Assembly: GCA_030830685.1 (NCBI GenBank)
Contig: JAURMM010000133.1
Location: 1 to 47,246, forward strand
Length of the DNA stretch: 47,246 nt
Reading direction: 5' to 3'
Source of the DNA: Gammaproteobacteria bacterium
GTDB taxonomy: Bacteria; Pseudomonadota; Gammaproteobacteria; Ga0077536
A model generated the notes under the pieces. The model was not told where the DNA came from. It ran no database searches and saw only the letters and a program-made list of their open reading frames with translations. This document shows, piece after piece, positions 11,110 to 21,080 of the stretch. The translations under genes were made by a program, and so were the position numbers. Positions within the stretch are counted from its first letter, which is position 1. Each line of letters opens with the position of its first letter.

Positions 11110-11145
11110 CCGTGCATGCTGAGACGAACCCGCAAAGACTCGCTG

Positions 11146-11847
11146 ATGATGGCCGCGCCCAAGATTCTGATCGTCGATGACGAGGAGGCCATCCGCCAGA
11201 TGCTCGCCTTTGCCCTGCAGGGTGAGGGTTACGAGTGCAAACAGGCCGCGAACACCACCGAAGCGCAGGCGCACATGAGCCGCGAGCGCCCGGATCTCAT
11301 CCTGCTCGACTGGATGCTGCCCGGTATCAGCGGCGTTGATTTCGTGCGCCGCATCCGGCGCGACACGCGACTCAACCAGGTTCCCATCCTGATGCTGACC
11401 GCGAAGGCCGACGAGGCGGACAAGATTCGTGGGCTCGACAGCGGTGCGGACGACTACATCACCAAGCCCTTCTCCACCCGTGAAATGCTGGCGCGCGTGC
11501 GCGCCACTCTGCGCCGCAAGGGCACGGATGCCGGGGGCGAGGTGATTACGGCGGGTGCTATCCGCATCGACATGCAGACCCATCAGGTGACCATCAACGA
11601 GCAGCCACTGGAAGTCAGCCCAACCGAGTTCCGGCTGCTGCGGTTCTTCATGACGCACCCGGAGCGGGTCTATACCCGCGGGCAATTGCTGGACGCCGTC
11701 TGGGGCGACGCTTCCTATATCGAGGAACGCACCGTCGATGTGCACATCCGCCGGCTGCGCAAGCTGCTGGAACCCTTCGGGATGGAAGAGATGATCAAGA
11801 CCGTGCGCAGCGTGGGCTATCGTTTCTCACCCCAGATGCAGGCCTGA
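11146..11847 (+). CDS. phoB: Phosphate regulon response regulator PhoB
   Basis: ILIVDDE, PDLILLDWMLPG, MLTAK, GADDYITKPFS; winged-helix SPTEFRLLRFFMTHPERVYTRGQLLDAVWG...ERTVDVHIRRLRK; next to phoR. Confidence 0.95.
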   Translation: MMAAPKILIVDDEEAIRQMLAFALQGEGYECKQAANTTEAQAHMSRERPDLILLDWMLPGISGVDFVRRIRRDTRLNQVPILMLTAKADEADKIRGLDSGADDYITKPFSTREMLARVRATLRRKGTDAGGEVITAGAIRIDMQTHQVTINEQPLEVSPTEFRLLRFFMTHPERVYTRGQLLDAVWGDASYIEERTVDVHIRRLRKLLEPFGMEEMIKTVRSVGYRFSPQMQA

Positions 11848-11932
11848 CGCGCAGCACAGCCATTCCTTGCCCGTGCCGACCGGGCGATAATACCAATCCG
11901 GGCCGGGAGCGGTGAGCAGGGGGGAGCGCGGC

Positions 11933-13246
11933 ATGTTCGAAGGTGATGTGAGGCGTGTGCTGGTGACCGTGGCCTTGGCCACAGTGGCCGGTCTTGCATC
12001 CGGCCAGTTCACGCTCTGTTACCTCCTGGCCGCCCTCATTTACCTCGCCTGGCTGTACCGCAATCTTTCGCAACTCTTTCTCTGGTTGCGCAACCGCTCC
12101 ACGCTGGATGCGCCCGAGTCACCCGGGCTGTTCGAAGAAATCACGCTCGAGATCGACTACCTGAGAGAGCGCCACCGCAAGCGCAAGAGGACCCTTGCCT
12201 CCTATCTACGGCAGTTCCAGCAGGCCACGCGGGCGCTGCCCGATGCCACCATCGTGCTCGGCGAAGACGGTGAAGTGCAGTGGGCCAACGAGGCTTCGGC
12301 CCGCTACCTCGGCATTCGCTGGCCCGAGGACATGGGTCAGCGCATCACCAACCTCATCCGGCATCCCAAGGTGAGGGAGTTCGTGCTGGCCAAGCGCACC
12401 GAGAGCGCACTCGAAATCCCCTCCCCGGTCAGCCCACACCGTTTCCTCAGTATCCTGCTTGCCCCCTATGGCGAGTCGCGGTGGCTGTTCGTTGCCCGCG
12501 ACATCACCGAGCTGCACCGGGCCAATCTCATCCGCAGTGATTTCGTGGCCAACGTGTCGCACGAGTTGCGTACGCCCATCACGGTGTTCCGCGGCTACCT
12601 CGAGCTGCTGTATGAGCAGCGCGACATGGCGCCTCCGCCCTGGCTGCCGGCGCTGGAGCAACTGAATGCTCACGCCAACCGGATGCAGGAGCTGGTCGAA
12701 GAGCTTTTGTTGCTGTCACGTCTGGAGCAATCGGACCACGTGACAGACCCGGAGCCAGTGCTGGTCAGCGAGATGCTGGCCGACATTCTCAAGCAGGCGC
12801 GGATCGTGAGTGGCGCCCGGGAACATCTTTTCACGCTGGAAACCGACGCTTCCCTGCGCATCATGGGCGCGTCCAGCGAACTCAAGAGCTGCTTCACTAA
12901 CCTGGTGGTCAATGCCGTCAACTACACCCCTGCGCGCGGGGTCATCCGGGTGCGCTGGTTCGCAGATACCCGCGGTGCTCACCTGGAAGTCCAGGACAAC
13001 GGAATCGGCATCGCGGAAGAACATCTCGATCGGCTTACCGAGCGATTTTACCGGGTGGACAGTGCGCGCGCACGCGGCGACGGCGGCACCGGTCTCGGGC
13101 TTGCCATCGTCAAGCATGTGCTCATTCGCCACGGAGGGTCGCTCGATATCCGCAGCCAACTGGGTTCCGGCAGCACCTTCCGCTGTGATTTCCCTCCAGA
13201 AGCCATCGTGCCCCAGACCAGCTTGCCGCTCTCACGCCCCGCCTGA
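11933..13246 (+). CDS. phoR: Phosphate regulon sensor histidine kinase PhoR
   Basis: N-terminal TM, PAS region, H-box DFVANVSHELRTP, N-box NLVVNAVNYT, G1 VQDNGIGI, RFYRVD, G2 GGTGLGLAIVKH; ATG 11933 with GGGGAG upstream. Confidence 0.95.
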   Translation: MFEGDVRRVLVTVALATVAGLASGQFTLCYLLAALIYLAWLYRNLSQLFLWLRNRSTLDAPESPGLFEEITLEIDYLRERHRKRKRTLASYLRQFQQATRALPDATIVLGEDGEVQWANEASARYLGIRWPEDMGQRITNLIRHPKVREFVLAKRTESALEIPSPVSPHRFLSILLAPYGESRWLFVARDITELHRANLIRSDFVANVSHELRTPITVFRGYLELLYEQRDMAPPPWLPALEQLNAHANRMQELVEELLLLSRLEQSDHVTDPEPVLVSEMLADILKQARIVSGAREHLFTLETDASLRIMGASSELKSCFTNLVVNAVNYTPARGVIRVRWFADTRGAHLEVQDNGIGIAEEHLDRLTERFYRVDSARARGDGGTGLGLAIVKHVLIRHGGSLDIRSQLGSGSTFRCDFPPEAIVPQTSLPLSRPA

Positions 13247-13386
13247 GCGTTTCACATTGTTTTGCCATACCCTGAGAACGGGTTAACGGAACCTCGCCGC
13301 GCCCTCCCGCATACTGCGCTCCAACGACTAGGTTTCCAGCACGCTGGGTCTTCTGACGATCAGCGCAAGAACAACAGGACATACCC

Positions 13387-13881
13387 ATGTCAGGCCCGGC
13401 AAGACTGCTCATTCTTTTCATCCTGCTCGCGGCGTCCGTGGCCGGGCAGGCTTTCGAACCCAGGATGAGTTTTACGAACGATCCGGCGGCGGCCCGTTCG
13501 GCCGCGCGCCAGGCCGGCGACATGATCCGCTTTGCACAGCTGGAACTTGCCGTCACCCTGGATTGGAGTGATGAGAGTATTGCAGTGGTTGAGGATCTGG
13601 CAGCAGCCCTGCATGCCGACCTGCGTCGGGAACGAGGCAGCTACAGCGAGGTCCAGGCACTGGTGCGGATGCTTGGCTGTTATGTGGGCGAGGTCTATCG
13701 CCGGAACCATGGCGGTGAGTGGGGCTATGTCACAACCCGTGGGCAGCGCCGTATGGCGCTGCGAAGCGCGGATGGTTCACGAGTGCTCTGGCCCATCGAG
13801 CGCGTGACACAGCGGCTGCGCAGCAGCGGCCACAATGTGCTTGCCTACTATCAGCGCAATACGGTCCCCGCGCCGAACTGA
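13387..13881 (+). CDS. Exported hypothetical protein, possibly DUF3806-like
   Basis: Signal-peptide-like N-terminus; LDWSDESIAVVEDL...LGCYVGEVYRRNHGGEW...WPIERV resembles the G.YvGEvi..gG.W pattern; family recalled, not verified. Confidence 0.55.
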   Translation: MSGPARLLILFILLAASVAGQAFEPRMSFTNDPAAARSAARQAGDMIRFAQLELAVTLDWSDESIAVVEDLAAALHADLRRERGSYSEVQALVRMLGCYVGEVYRRNHGGEWGYVTTRGQRRMALRSADGSRVLWPIERVTQRLRSSGHNVLAYYQRNTVPAPN

Positions 13882-13894
13882 GTCTGAAGTGCGC

Positions 13895-15109
13895 TCATAC
13901 TTCCCGGGCGTGGAGCACGCCACGGGTTTCCAGCGCGCGAATCTCCTCCTCTGACTTGCCGAGCACGCTGCCGAGGATCTCGGCATTGTGCTGGCCGAGG
14001 GTGGGCGCTTCAAAGTCCTGGTTTGCCTCCATGCCCATGACGCGGATGGGCATCCCGGGGATTTCAAACTCGCCAGCCAACCGATCCGTGATCACCCGGA
14101 CCGTGCCGCGTGCGCGATGATGCGGGTGGTGTATGGTCTCTTCCACCGACAGTACCGGCGCACAGGGCACGCCGTACTGCTCCAGTTGTGCAATGGCCTC
14201 ATCCTTGCCGGAGAAGCCCGCAAGCCAGGCCTCGATCATGGCGGTGAGCGGCGCCAACCGTGACAGGCGCGTAGCATCATCCTTGTAATCCGGATGATCG
14301 ATGAGGTCCTCGCGTCCCATGGCCCGACACAGATCGGCCCAGTGATGCAGGAAGGCCATGATGGTGATGTAGCCGTCGCGCGCCTTGTAGATCCCCGCGG
14401 GACAGACATAGGAGAGGTGACGCCCTCCCCGGGTCGGCTTGAGGGCGCCGTGACTCCCACTGTACTGGTGCACGTTTACTTCGTGACAGTGGTAATAGGA
14501 GTCCAACAGCGCGATGTCCAGATGCTTGCCGCGCCCGGTGCGCGCACGGTAGAGCAAGGCAGCGGCCACGGCGAAGGCCCCGTGCACACCCGTCATCACA
14601 TCACCCACCCCGAGCAGGGGCAGCGAGGGCGCATCCTGCGGATCGCCAATCATCGATGTCACGCCTGAATAGGCTTGCGCGATGTAGTCATAGCCGGGTT
14701 TGGCAGACAACGGCCCGGACTGACCGAGCGCCGAAATCGAACAGAGGATGATGTCCGGCTTCAGCGCCTGCAGGGTCCCGAAACCAAGGCCCATCTCATC
14801 GATGACTCCCGGCTTGAAGTTCTCCACCACCACATCGCACTGCTTCACCAGATCTTTCAGCAGTGTGATGCTCTCCGGTTTGCGGAGATCGAGGCACAGG
14901 CTCTTCTTGTTAAGGCTCTGTTGCACAAAGTATAGGCTGCGCTCATTGCGAATCCTGGAGACACGGCGCGTGAGATCCCCGGCAGGTGCGGACTCAACCT
15001 TGATGACCTCTGCGCCCATTTCCGCGAACAGCCGCGTACAGGTCGGGCCGGCGAGCGCGCGGGTGAAGTCGAGAATTCGAATACCTTCGAGGATCTGCTC
15101 CTGCGCCAT
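13895..15109 (-). CDS. CaiB/BaiF family III CoA-transferase
   Basis: LEGIRILDFTRALAGP, GAEVIKVE, VVENFKPG, GYDYIAQAYSG, GDVMTG (catalytic Asp region), APTLGQHNAEIL; start re-picked at 15109. Confidence 0.92.
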   Translation of the reverse strand: MAQEQILEGIRILDFTRALAGPTCTRLFAEMGAEVIKVESAPAGDLTRRVSRIRNERSLYFVQQSLNKKSLCLDLRKPESITLLKDLVKQCDVVVENFKPGVIDEMGLGFGTLQALKPDIILCSISALGQSGPLSAKPGYDYIAQAYSGVTSMIGDPQDAPSLPLLGVGDVMTGVHGAFAVAAALLYRARTGRGKHLDIALLDSYYHCHEVNVHQYSGSHGALKPTRGGRHLSYVCPAGIYKARDGYITIMAFLHHWADLCRAMGREDLIDHPDYKDDATRLSRLAPLTAMIEAWLAGFSGKDEAIAQLEQYGVPCAPVLSVEETIHHPHHRARGTVRVITDRLAGEFEIPGMPIRVMGMEANQDFEAPTLGQHNAEILGSVLGKSEEEIRALETRGVLHAREV

Positions 15110-15135
15110 GCGGCCCCTCCTGCTGCTTGCGCGGC

Positions 15136-15543
15136 TTATTCGACGGTGATGGTGATCTGCTCGGACATCACCGGTGGCTGATGCGGCACATGCGCGAAGT
15201 CGCCCAGCAGCAACTGCAGGGTGTGCTTGCCGGGTGCCAGGTCGACGGTGGTTTCCGTCTGTCCGCCGCCGAAATGCAGATGCTTGTCGTCCTTGGGAAT
15301 GGGTTGGGTCAGATCCGGCAGCGGCGCATCCACGAGCAGGTGATGATGGCCGGTGTTCTGGACCTGGGTACCGGCAGGTGCCACACCCCAGGGCGCACGC
15401 AGACCGAACACCACGCGCACCGGACTCTTCACCGTGGCGCCATTGGCAGGAGAGACGACCCAGGCACCTGGCGTGTCGTTGGCAACCAGAGTCGCCGGCA
15501 ACAAGGCCAGCACCAGCATGACGGTCGAGCACAGGGTGCGCAT
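15136..15543 (-). CDS. DUF4399-like exported His-rich protein
   Basis: Signal peptide; SPANGATVKSPV, TGHHHLLVD, HLHFGGGQTE, LAPGKHTLQLLLGDFAH. Confidence 0.8.
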   Translation of the reverse strand: MRTLCSTVMLVLALLPATLVANDTPGAWVVSPANGATVKSPVRVVFGLRAPWGVAPAGTQVQNTGHHHLLVDAPLPDLTQPIPKDDKHLHFGGGQTETTVDLAPGKHTLQLLLGDFAHVPHQPPVMSEQITITVE

Positions 15544-15705
15544 CGCGTTTTCTCCAGGAATTGATGACAGGTCGCCCGAGCATGCCAGCAAAGCCGGCCC
15601 TTGGGAACGCGAGCGGCCCACGGGGCAACAGTAGCGGCCCGTTTGCGGGACGGCGGGCAGTCCGTAGAATCCGCCCTCCCCGGTCTCTGCGGCAGTCCTT
15701 TCCAG

Positions 15706-17706
15706 ATGCGTGAGCTCAATCCCCCACAACGCGAAGCAGTCCGCCATGTAGACGGTCCACTACTGGTGCTGGCCGGCGCGGGCAGCGGCAAGACGCGCGT
15801 CATCGCGCACAAGATAGCCCATCTCATCGCAGCCCATCAGGTGGAAGCCGATGGCATCGCCGCCATCACCTTTACCAACAAGGCCGCGAACGAAATGCAG
15901 AGTCGGGTGGCGGAGCTGCTGCCCAAGGGCTCGCGGCTCAAGCCGTGGATCTCGACCTTCCACACGCTCGGTTTGCGCATCCTGAAGGAGGAGTTCGAAT
16001 CCTGCGGGCTCAGGCCTCGCTTCACGCTTTTTGATGCCCGCGACAGCGAGGCAGCACTCGCGGATATCGCGCGGCGCAGCTTCGGTTCCACCACGTTCGA
16101 CATCGGGGCCCTGCAGCACCGTGTCTCGGCGTGGAAAAGCGCGCTGCACGAGCCAGAGACCGTGCCGCTCGAGGAGAAGTCTGACCCGCTCGGCAAGGCG
16201 GCGTTCGCCTGCTATGCCGAGTATCTGCGCACCTTGCAGGCCTTCAATGCCGTGGACTTCGATGATCTCATCCGCTTGCCCTCGCTGCTCCTGCGCAGGT
16301 CACCCGGCATGCTGCTCAAATGGCAGGCCCGGCTGCGCTGGCTGCTGGTGGACGAATACCAGGACACCAATCTTGCGCAGTATGAGCTGGTGCGCATGAT
16401 CGCGAGCGCCAAACAGCGCCTGACCGCCGTAGGCGATGACGACCAGTCGATCTATGCCTGGCGCGGTGCGCGGCCGGAAAATCTGGCAGCGCTGACGCGG
16501 GACTTTCCCACGCTCAAGGTGATCAAGCTCGAACAGAACTACCGCTCCATGGGTGTGATCCTGAAAGCGGCCAATCAGCTCATTGCGATCAATCCGCATG
16601 TCTTCGAAAAGCGCTTGTGGAGCGAGAAGGGTTTCGGGGAGCGGATACGGGTGATGGGCGCTGCCGATGAATTTTTCGAGGCCGAACTCGTCGTCAACCA
16701 TATCAATCATCAACGGGTGCTCCACAACACGCCCTTTCGCGATTTCGCCATCCTTTTCCGCAGCAACCATCAGGCGCGCGTCTTCGAAAGCGCCTTGCGC
16801 GAGCGAGGGATTCCATACGTCATTTCCGGCAGCCGTTCCTTCTTTGATGCGTCCGAAGTGAAGGATGTGCTGTGTTACCTGCGTGCGATTGCGAACCCCG
16901 GGGATGACACAGCACTGCTGCGGATCATCAATACACCGCGAAGAGGTTTGGGTGCTGCCACCGTCGAGGTGGTCGTGCAGGTAGCGTCCGAACTGCAACG
17001 CTCACTCCGCGAAACACTCGGCACAGCAGCGCTCAACTCACGTGCCGCACCCCGTGTGGCCAAGCTCCTGGAAGAGTTCGGCCGCTGGCTCGAGCATTTC
17101 GAGCGGGAAAGTGAAACGCTTTCACCGCTCGAACTCGCGAAGCAGGTGATCAGCGATGTGGGTTACGAAGACTGGCTGGAGCAATCAAGTGAAACGCCTG
17201 AGGACGCCACCCGCCGCAAGAACAATGTCTTCGAATTGCTGGACTGGATCGCGCGCCTGCTCAAGCAGAATCCCGAGCGCAGCCTGAGTGATGTGGTGGC
17301 TGCGCTCACCCTCATCGACATGCTCGATCGCAAGGACGATGAAGAGGATCGTGATGCACTCTCACTCATGACCCTGCATGCGGCCAAGGGTCTCGAGTTT
17401 CCGCAGGTGTATCTGGTCGGCTTCGAGGAAAACATCCTGCCACATCGTTCGAGCATCGATGGCGATACCATCGAGGAGGAGCGCCGACTGGCCTATGTCG
17501 GAATCACCCGCGCCCAGCAGCGGCTGACAATCTCCTGGGCGCGCACGCGCAAGCGCTACGGCAAGACAGAGGAGTGTCAGCCCTCACGCTTCCTTGAGGA
17601 GCTGCCCAAGGAGGATCTCGTGTTTGATGGTGAAGCTGGCAAGACCACCGACCGCACGGCTGCACGAGCCACCCTGGCGAGCCTCAAAGGCCTGCTGGGT
17701 TCCTGA
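15706..17706 (+). CDS. rep: ATP-dependent DNA helicase Rep (UvrD/Rep family)
   Basis: LNPPQREAV, LAGAGSGKT, AITFTNKAANEM, LVDEYQDTN, VGDDDQSIYAWRGA, LEQNYRS, MTLHAAKGLEF, EEERRLAYVGITRA; 666 aa with no long UvrD C-tail. Confidence 0.9.
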   Translation: MRELNPPQREAVRHVDGPLLVLAGAGSGKTRVIAHKIAHLIAAHQVEADGIAAITFTNKAANEMQSRVAELLPKGSRLKPWISTFHTLGLRILKEEFESCGLRPRFTLFDARDSEAALADIARRSFGSTTFDIGALQHRVSAWKSALHEPETVPLEEKSDPLGKAAFACYAEYLRTLQAFNAVDFDDLIRLPSLLLRRSPGMLLKWQARLRWLLVDEYQDTNLAQYELVRMIASAKQRLTAVGDDDQSIYAWRGARPENLAALTRDFPTLKVIKLEQNYRSMGVILKAANQLIAINPHVFEKRLWSEKGFGERIRVMGAADEFFEAELVVNHINHQRVLHNTPFRDFAILFRSNHQARVFESALRERGIPYVISGSRSFFDASEVKDVLCYLRAIANPGDDTALLRIINTPRRGLGAATVEVVVQVASELQRSLRETLGTAALNSRAAPRVAKLLEEFGRWLEHFERESETLSPLELAKQVISDVGYEDWLEQSSETPEDATRRKNNVFELLDWIARLLKQNPERSLSDVVAALTLIDMLDRKDDEEDRDALSLMTLHAAKGLEFPQVYLVGFEENILPHRSSIDGDTIEEERRLAYVGITRAQQRLTISWARTRKRYGKTEECQPSRFLEELPKEDLVFDGEAGKTTDRTAARATLASLKGLLGS

Positions 17707-17823
17707 GCGTCGGCACGACCGTGCCCACTCCCGGGCGTTCTGCTGCCTGCAGGCTGGACGCCCGCCCCCGCCAACCCCTAGCATCGAAGCTCTAACGATA
17801 CTAGCGCGAGAGGAGTCACAACG

Positions 17824-18186
17824 ATGATCGGTTATGCCACGCTCGGGACGAATGACCTGGCTCGCGCCAGCAAGTTCTACGACGCATTGCTCGCGGACAT
17901 GGGGGCCAAGCGGGTGATGGAGTCTGATCGCTACACCGTGTGGGCGGCCGGCAACGGCCCGATGCTGATGGTGTGCAAACCCTTCGATGGAGGGGCTGCA
18001 AGCCAGGGCAATGGGGTGATGGTGGCGCTGGCTGCGGGCAGCAAAGAGAAAGTGGATGCGCTCTACGCCAAGGCCATCGCGCTCGGGGCCAAGGATGAGG
18101 GCGCGGCAGGTCCGCGCGGGGACTCCTTCTACGCCGGCTACTTCCGCGACCCGGACGGCAACAAGCTCTGCTTCTTCCACATGTAG
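17824..18186 (+). CDS. VOC/glyoxalase family protein
   Basis: MIGYATLGTNDLARASKFYD, GNGVMVAL, FYAGYFRDPDGNKL; GAGGAG RBS upstream. Confidence 0.88.
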   Translation: MIGYATLGTNDLARASKFYDALLADMGAKRVMESDRYTVWAAGNGPMLMVCKPFDGGAASQGNGVMVALAAGSKEKVDALYAKAIALGAKDEGAAGPRGDSFYAGYFRDPDGNKLCFFHM

Positions 18187-18266
18187 CACTTGGTCCGCGG
18201 GAGGCTACCTTGCGGCGAGCCTCCCTTCCCCGCCATCCCGCGTCCGGCTCGGGGTGGATCAGGTGC

Positions 18267-19157
18267 TCACTCGGGCGCCTTGCCCTCGACCAGCCATTGC
18301 GCAGCACTCGGCCGCGCCTCGTCCCGCGCACCCAGGCCCGCAAAGTCGAACATGCCGGTGTCTGCCAGATGCGAAGGCGTCACGTTCTGCAGGCTGCGGA
18401 ACACGTTCTCCACCCGCCCCGGATTCGCACGCTCCCAGGCCTCGAGCATCTGCTTGATCTGTTTGCGCTGAAGATTTTCCTGTGACCCGCACAAGTTGCA
18501 GGGGATGATCGGAAACTGGCGCGCTTCTGCGTAGCGCGTGATATCGCTTTCCCGGCAATAGGCGAGCGGCCGGATGACGATGTTGTCGCCGTCATCGGAC
18601 AGCAGCTTGGGTGGCATGGCCTTGAGGCGTGAACCAAAGAACATGTTGAGGAACAAGGTCTCCACGATGTCATCCCGGTGATGACCGAGCGCGATCTTGG
18701 TGATGCCATGGTTGCGCGCGAAGGTGTAGAGAATGCCGCGCCGCAGACGGGAGCACAGGCCGCAGGTCGTCTTGCCTTCCGGTACCACGCGCTGGACCAC
18801 GCTGTAGGTATCCTGCTCCAGAATGTGGAACTCGAGCCCTGTTTCGCGCAGATACGCAGGCAGGATTTCCGGTGGATAGCCGGGCTGCTTCTGATCGAGA
18901 TGCACCGGGATGAGCTCAAAGCTCACCGGCGCTTTCTTCTGCAGGGCCAGCAGCAAGTCGAGCAGGGTGTAGGAGTCCTTGCCACCCGAGAGGCACACCA
19001 TCACGCGATCGCCAGCCTCGATCATGTTGTAGTCGGCGATGGCCTTACCCACCAGCCGGCGCAACCGCTGCTGCAGCATGCCGCGTTCAAAGCGTTCCCG
19101 CGCAGGCCGGGCGGCGCTGGTGGCGCCGGGTTTGAAAGTGAGCGGGATGGCTTCCAT
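18267..19157 (-). CDS. ttcA: tRNA 2-thiocytidine(32) synthetase
   Basis: PP-loop [33 protein letters not shown]. Confidence 0.95.
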   Translation of the reverse strand: MEAIPLTFKPGATSAARPARERFERGMLQQRLRRLVGKAIADYNMIEAGDRVMVCLSGGKDSYTLLDLLLALQKKAPVSFELIPVHLDQKQPGYPPEILPAYLRETGLEFHILEQDTYSVVQRVVPEGKTTCGLCSRLRRGILYTFARNHGITKIALGHHRDDIVETLFLNMFFGSRLKAMPPKLLSDDGDNIVIRPLAYCRESDITRYAEARQFPIIPCNLCGSQENLQRKQIKQMLEAWERANPGRVENVFRSLQNVTPSHLADTGMFDFAGLGARDEARPSAAQWLVEGKAPE

Positions 19158-19225
19158 GAGGCAGGGATCCGGGGAACAGGCGCGCTAAGGTACCGCAGCG
19201 CGGGCGGTGCATAAAGGCGGCAGGT

Positions 19226-19651
19226 TCAGGGGTTGGGCCGGGCTTCGAGCTTTGTCAGCTCTGCGCGGAGCTGCGCAGCCTTGGCCGGATCGCCGCCGAG
19301 GAAGCCGGGTGCCTCGGCGTAGAACTGCGCGAGGTCGCGCACCGCCTCTGCGTTCCGCGGATTCAGGGCCACCGCTTTTTCCAGCGCCTTGCGGGTGCGC
19401 TTTGCGAGCCGCACTGCTTCAAACCAGCCGGCCTGTTCGGCCTGCCGGCCATAAGCCTTGCCCAGCCAGTACGCGTAGCGATCGGTATCGGGTGATGCCG
19501 CAACCAAGGATTCCAGAATCCCGGCGGCGAGGGCGTAGTTCTTGGCCTCGAACGCGGTCACCGCCTGCGCGAAACGGACCTCCGGTGCGTCCTCGGCCAG
19601 TGCCGGGTTGGCGAGAATCAGCGACAGCACCAGCGGGAGGAGGCGCGACAT
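19226..19651 (-). CDS. Exported TPR-repeat protein
   Basis: Signal peptide MSRLLPLVLSLILANPALA; YWLGKAYG, ALEKAVALNPRNAEA, FYAEAPGFLGGD. Confidence 0.75.
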   Translation of the reverse strand: MSRLLPLVLSLILANPALAEDAPEVRFAQAVTAFEAKNYALAAGILESLVAASPDTDRYAYWLGKAYGRQAEQAGWFEAVRLAKRTRKALEKAVALNPRNAEAVRDLAQFYAEAPGFLGGDPAKAAQLRAELTKLEARPNP

Positions 19652-19668
19652 ATGACCGTCCGTGCGGG

Positions 19669-20445
19669 TCAGTCCAGCAACACGTCGCGCAGATGTCGGC
19701 GCGCTTCGCGAGCCGCGCCGGCCTCTGACAGGTAGGCATCGACCGAGCCGAATGCCTCGACCATCGATTGGAGAGCTGCTTCGATATAGCGAGGATCGGC
19801 CGCCATCACCGGCTCCACGGCCGGCCCTGCTGCCCCGTGGGTGAACAGATCGATGGGCCGACGCTGGTAGTTGGAAATCACATAGTCCTGGATGACCCAC
19901 TCGCGCGGCACATCCAGTGCCAGCAGCACGATCGCCGCCGCGATGCCCGTGCGATCCTTGCCACTCGCGCAGTGAAAGAGCAGCGGGCGCTGCCCGGGTG
20001 CGAGCAGTGCGGACAGGAAGGCGCGATATTCAGCACAATGATCGAGGGTGAGGTTGCGGTACTGGTCGATCATGGCCTGTGCCGCATCCTCCGCGCTCAT
20101 CTCGCCGGCGTTGATCGCGGTAAACATCTCCACGTTGCCACGCGGAATGAAACCGGGGTTATGCAACGCAAGCGGCAGGCTTTCCGGCAGCCTGTCCGGT
20201 GCCCGTGCCCGCTCTCCTTCCGAGCGCAGATCGACGATCGCGCGCAGCTCCAGTTCATGCAGCCGCGCGTGATCAGACGGTGAAAGATGCGCAAGGGTAT
20301 CCGAGCGATAGAGCACCCTGGCGCGCGTGCGCCGCCCATCGGCGGTGGGCAATCCGCCCATGTCGCGGACGTTGCACGCGCCTTCCAGCGGCACATGGCG
20401 GTGGGCATGGGTGGCGAGCAGGGTTTCCTTGTCAAGCATGTTCAC
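19669..20445 (-). CDS. Tyrosine/serine-phosphatase-like protein (IphP/PtpB, Y_phosphatase3 type)
   Basis: NVRDMGG, LYRSDTL, IVDLRSEGE, CX5R P-loop FHCASGKDRTG, DYVISN. Confidence 0.9.
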   Translation of the reverse strand: MNMLDKETLLATHAHRHVPLEGACNVRDMGGLPTADGRRTRARVLYRSDTLAHLSPSDHARLHELELRAIVDLRSEGERARAPDRLPESLPLALHNPGFIPRGNVEMFTAINAGEMSAEDAAQAMIDQYRNLTLDHCAEYRAFLSALLAPGQRPLLFHCASGKDRTGIAAAIVLLALDVPREWVIQDYVISNYQRRPIDLFTHGAAGPAVEPVMAADPRYIEAALQSMVEAFGSVDAYLSEAGAAREARRHLRDVLLD

Positions 20446-21020
20446 AGCAGCACGCGGGTGACGCGGCTTTCTCCCTTGGTGATGAGACGGATCGCGCCGG
20501 CCTCAGATGCGAGCACCGTGGCGGAGCAGTAATCGGGTTCAAAGACCACCAGACGCTCATGACCTTCCAGCAGGCTGATCACGGCGTTGATGACCATGAA
20601 GTGGGTAAAGACCACAGTCCCCTCAGGCAAGGCCTGCAGGGCCTGCCAAAGCCGGTCACGCCAGGTAATCACGGCGCCATCGAGTTCGCGCCAGTGCGCC
20701 ACCATGAGGTGCTCCAGCCAGGCAGGCCTGGCCGCAAAATCGGCGGGCCCCGGCACCTCCCGGAAAGCCTCGTCCACGACAATCTCTCGTTGCCAGTGGG
20801 CAGCCAAGGGCGCTGCCGTCTCGCGAGCGCGTCGCAAGGGACTGCTGCGCACCGCGAGCGGCGGCACCTCCCGCCAGGCATCAGCCAGCACACGGGCCTG
20901 TGCTGCGCCCGCGTCACTCAGGGCAGGATCACTGGCCTCGGTCCAGCGCTGGGCCGCCTCGGCATGGCGAATCAGATGAATCTGGCGGGGTGGGTTCACG
21001 ATTGCTGCAGTGTAATCCAT
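20442..21020 (-). CDS. Histidine phosphatase (phosphoglycerate mutase-like) family protein
   Basis: LIRHAEA (RHG-like), DPALSDAGAAQA, SSPLRRARETA, VVFTHFMVI; exact start uncertain. Confidence 0.85.
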   Translation of the reverse strand: MDYTAAIVNPPRQIHLIRHAEAAQRWTEASDPALSDAGAAQARVLADAWREVPPLAVRSSPLRRARETAAPLAAHWQREIVVDEAFREVPGPADFAARPAWLEHLMVAHWRELDGAVITWRDRLWQALQALPEGTVVFTHFMVINAVISLLEGHERLVVFEPDYCSATVLASEAGAIRLITKGESRVTRVLL

Positions 21021-21080
21021 TGCCTGCCGCAGACGAATTGCCTAGTGTCCGGGTTCATCCTCCCGACAGGCCAGACCATC

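Noticed and set aside
13249-13271. GTTTCAC-ATTG-TTTTGCC after phoR as a Pho box
   Set aside because: Only one half-site fits the 11-bp register, and the downstream hexamer (CATACC) lacks the final T.
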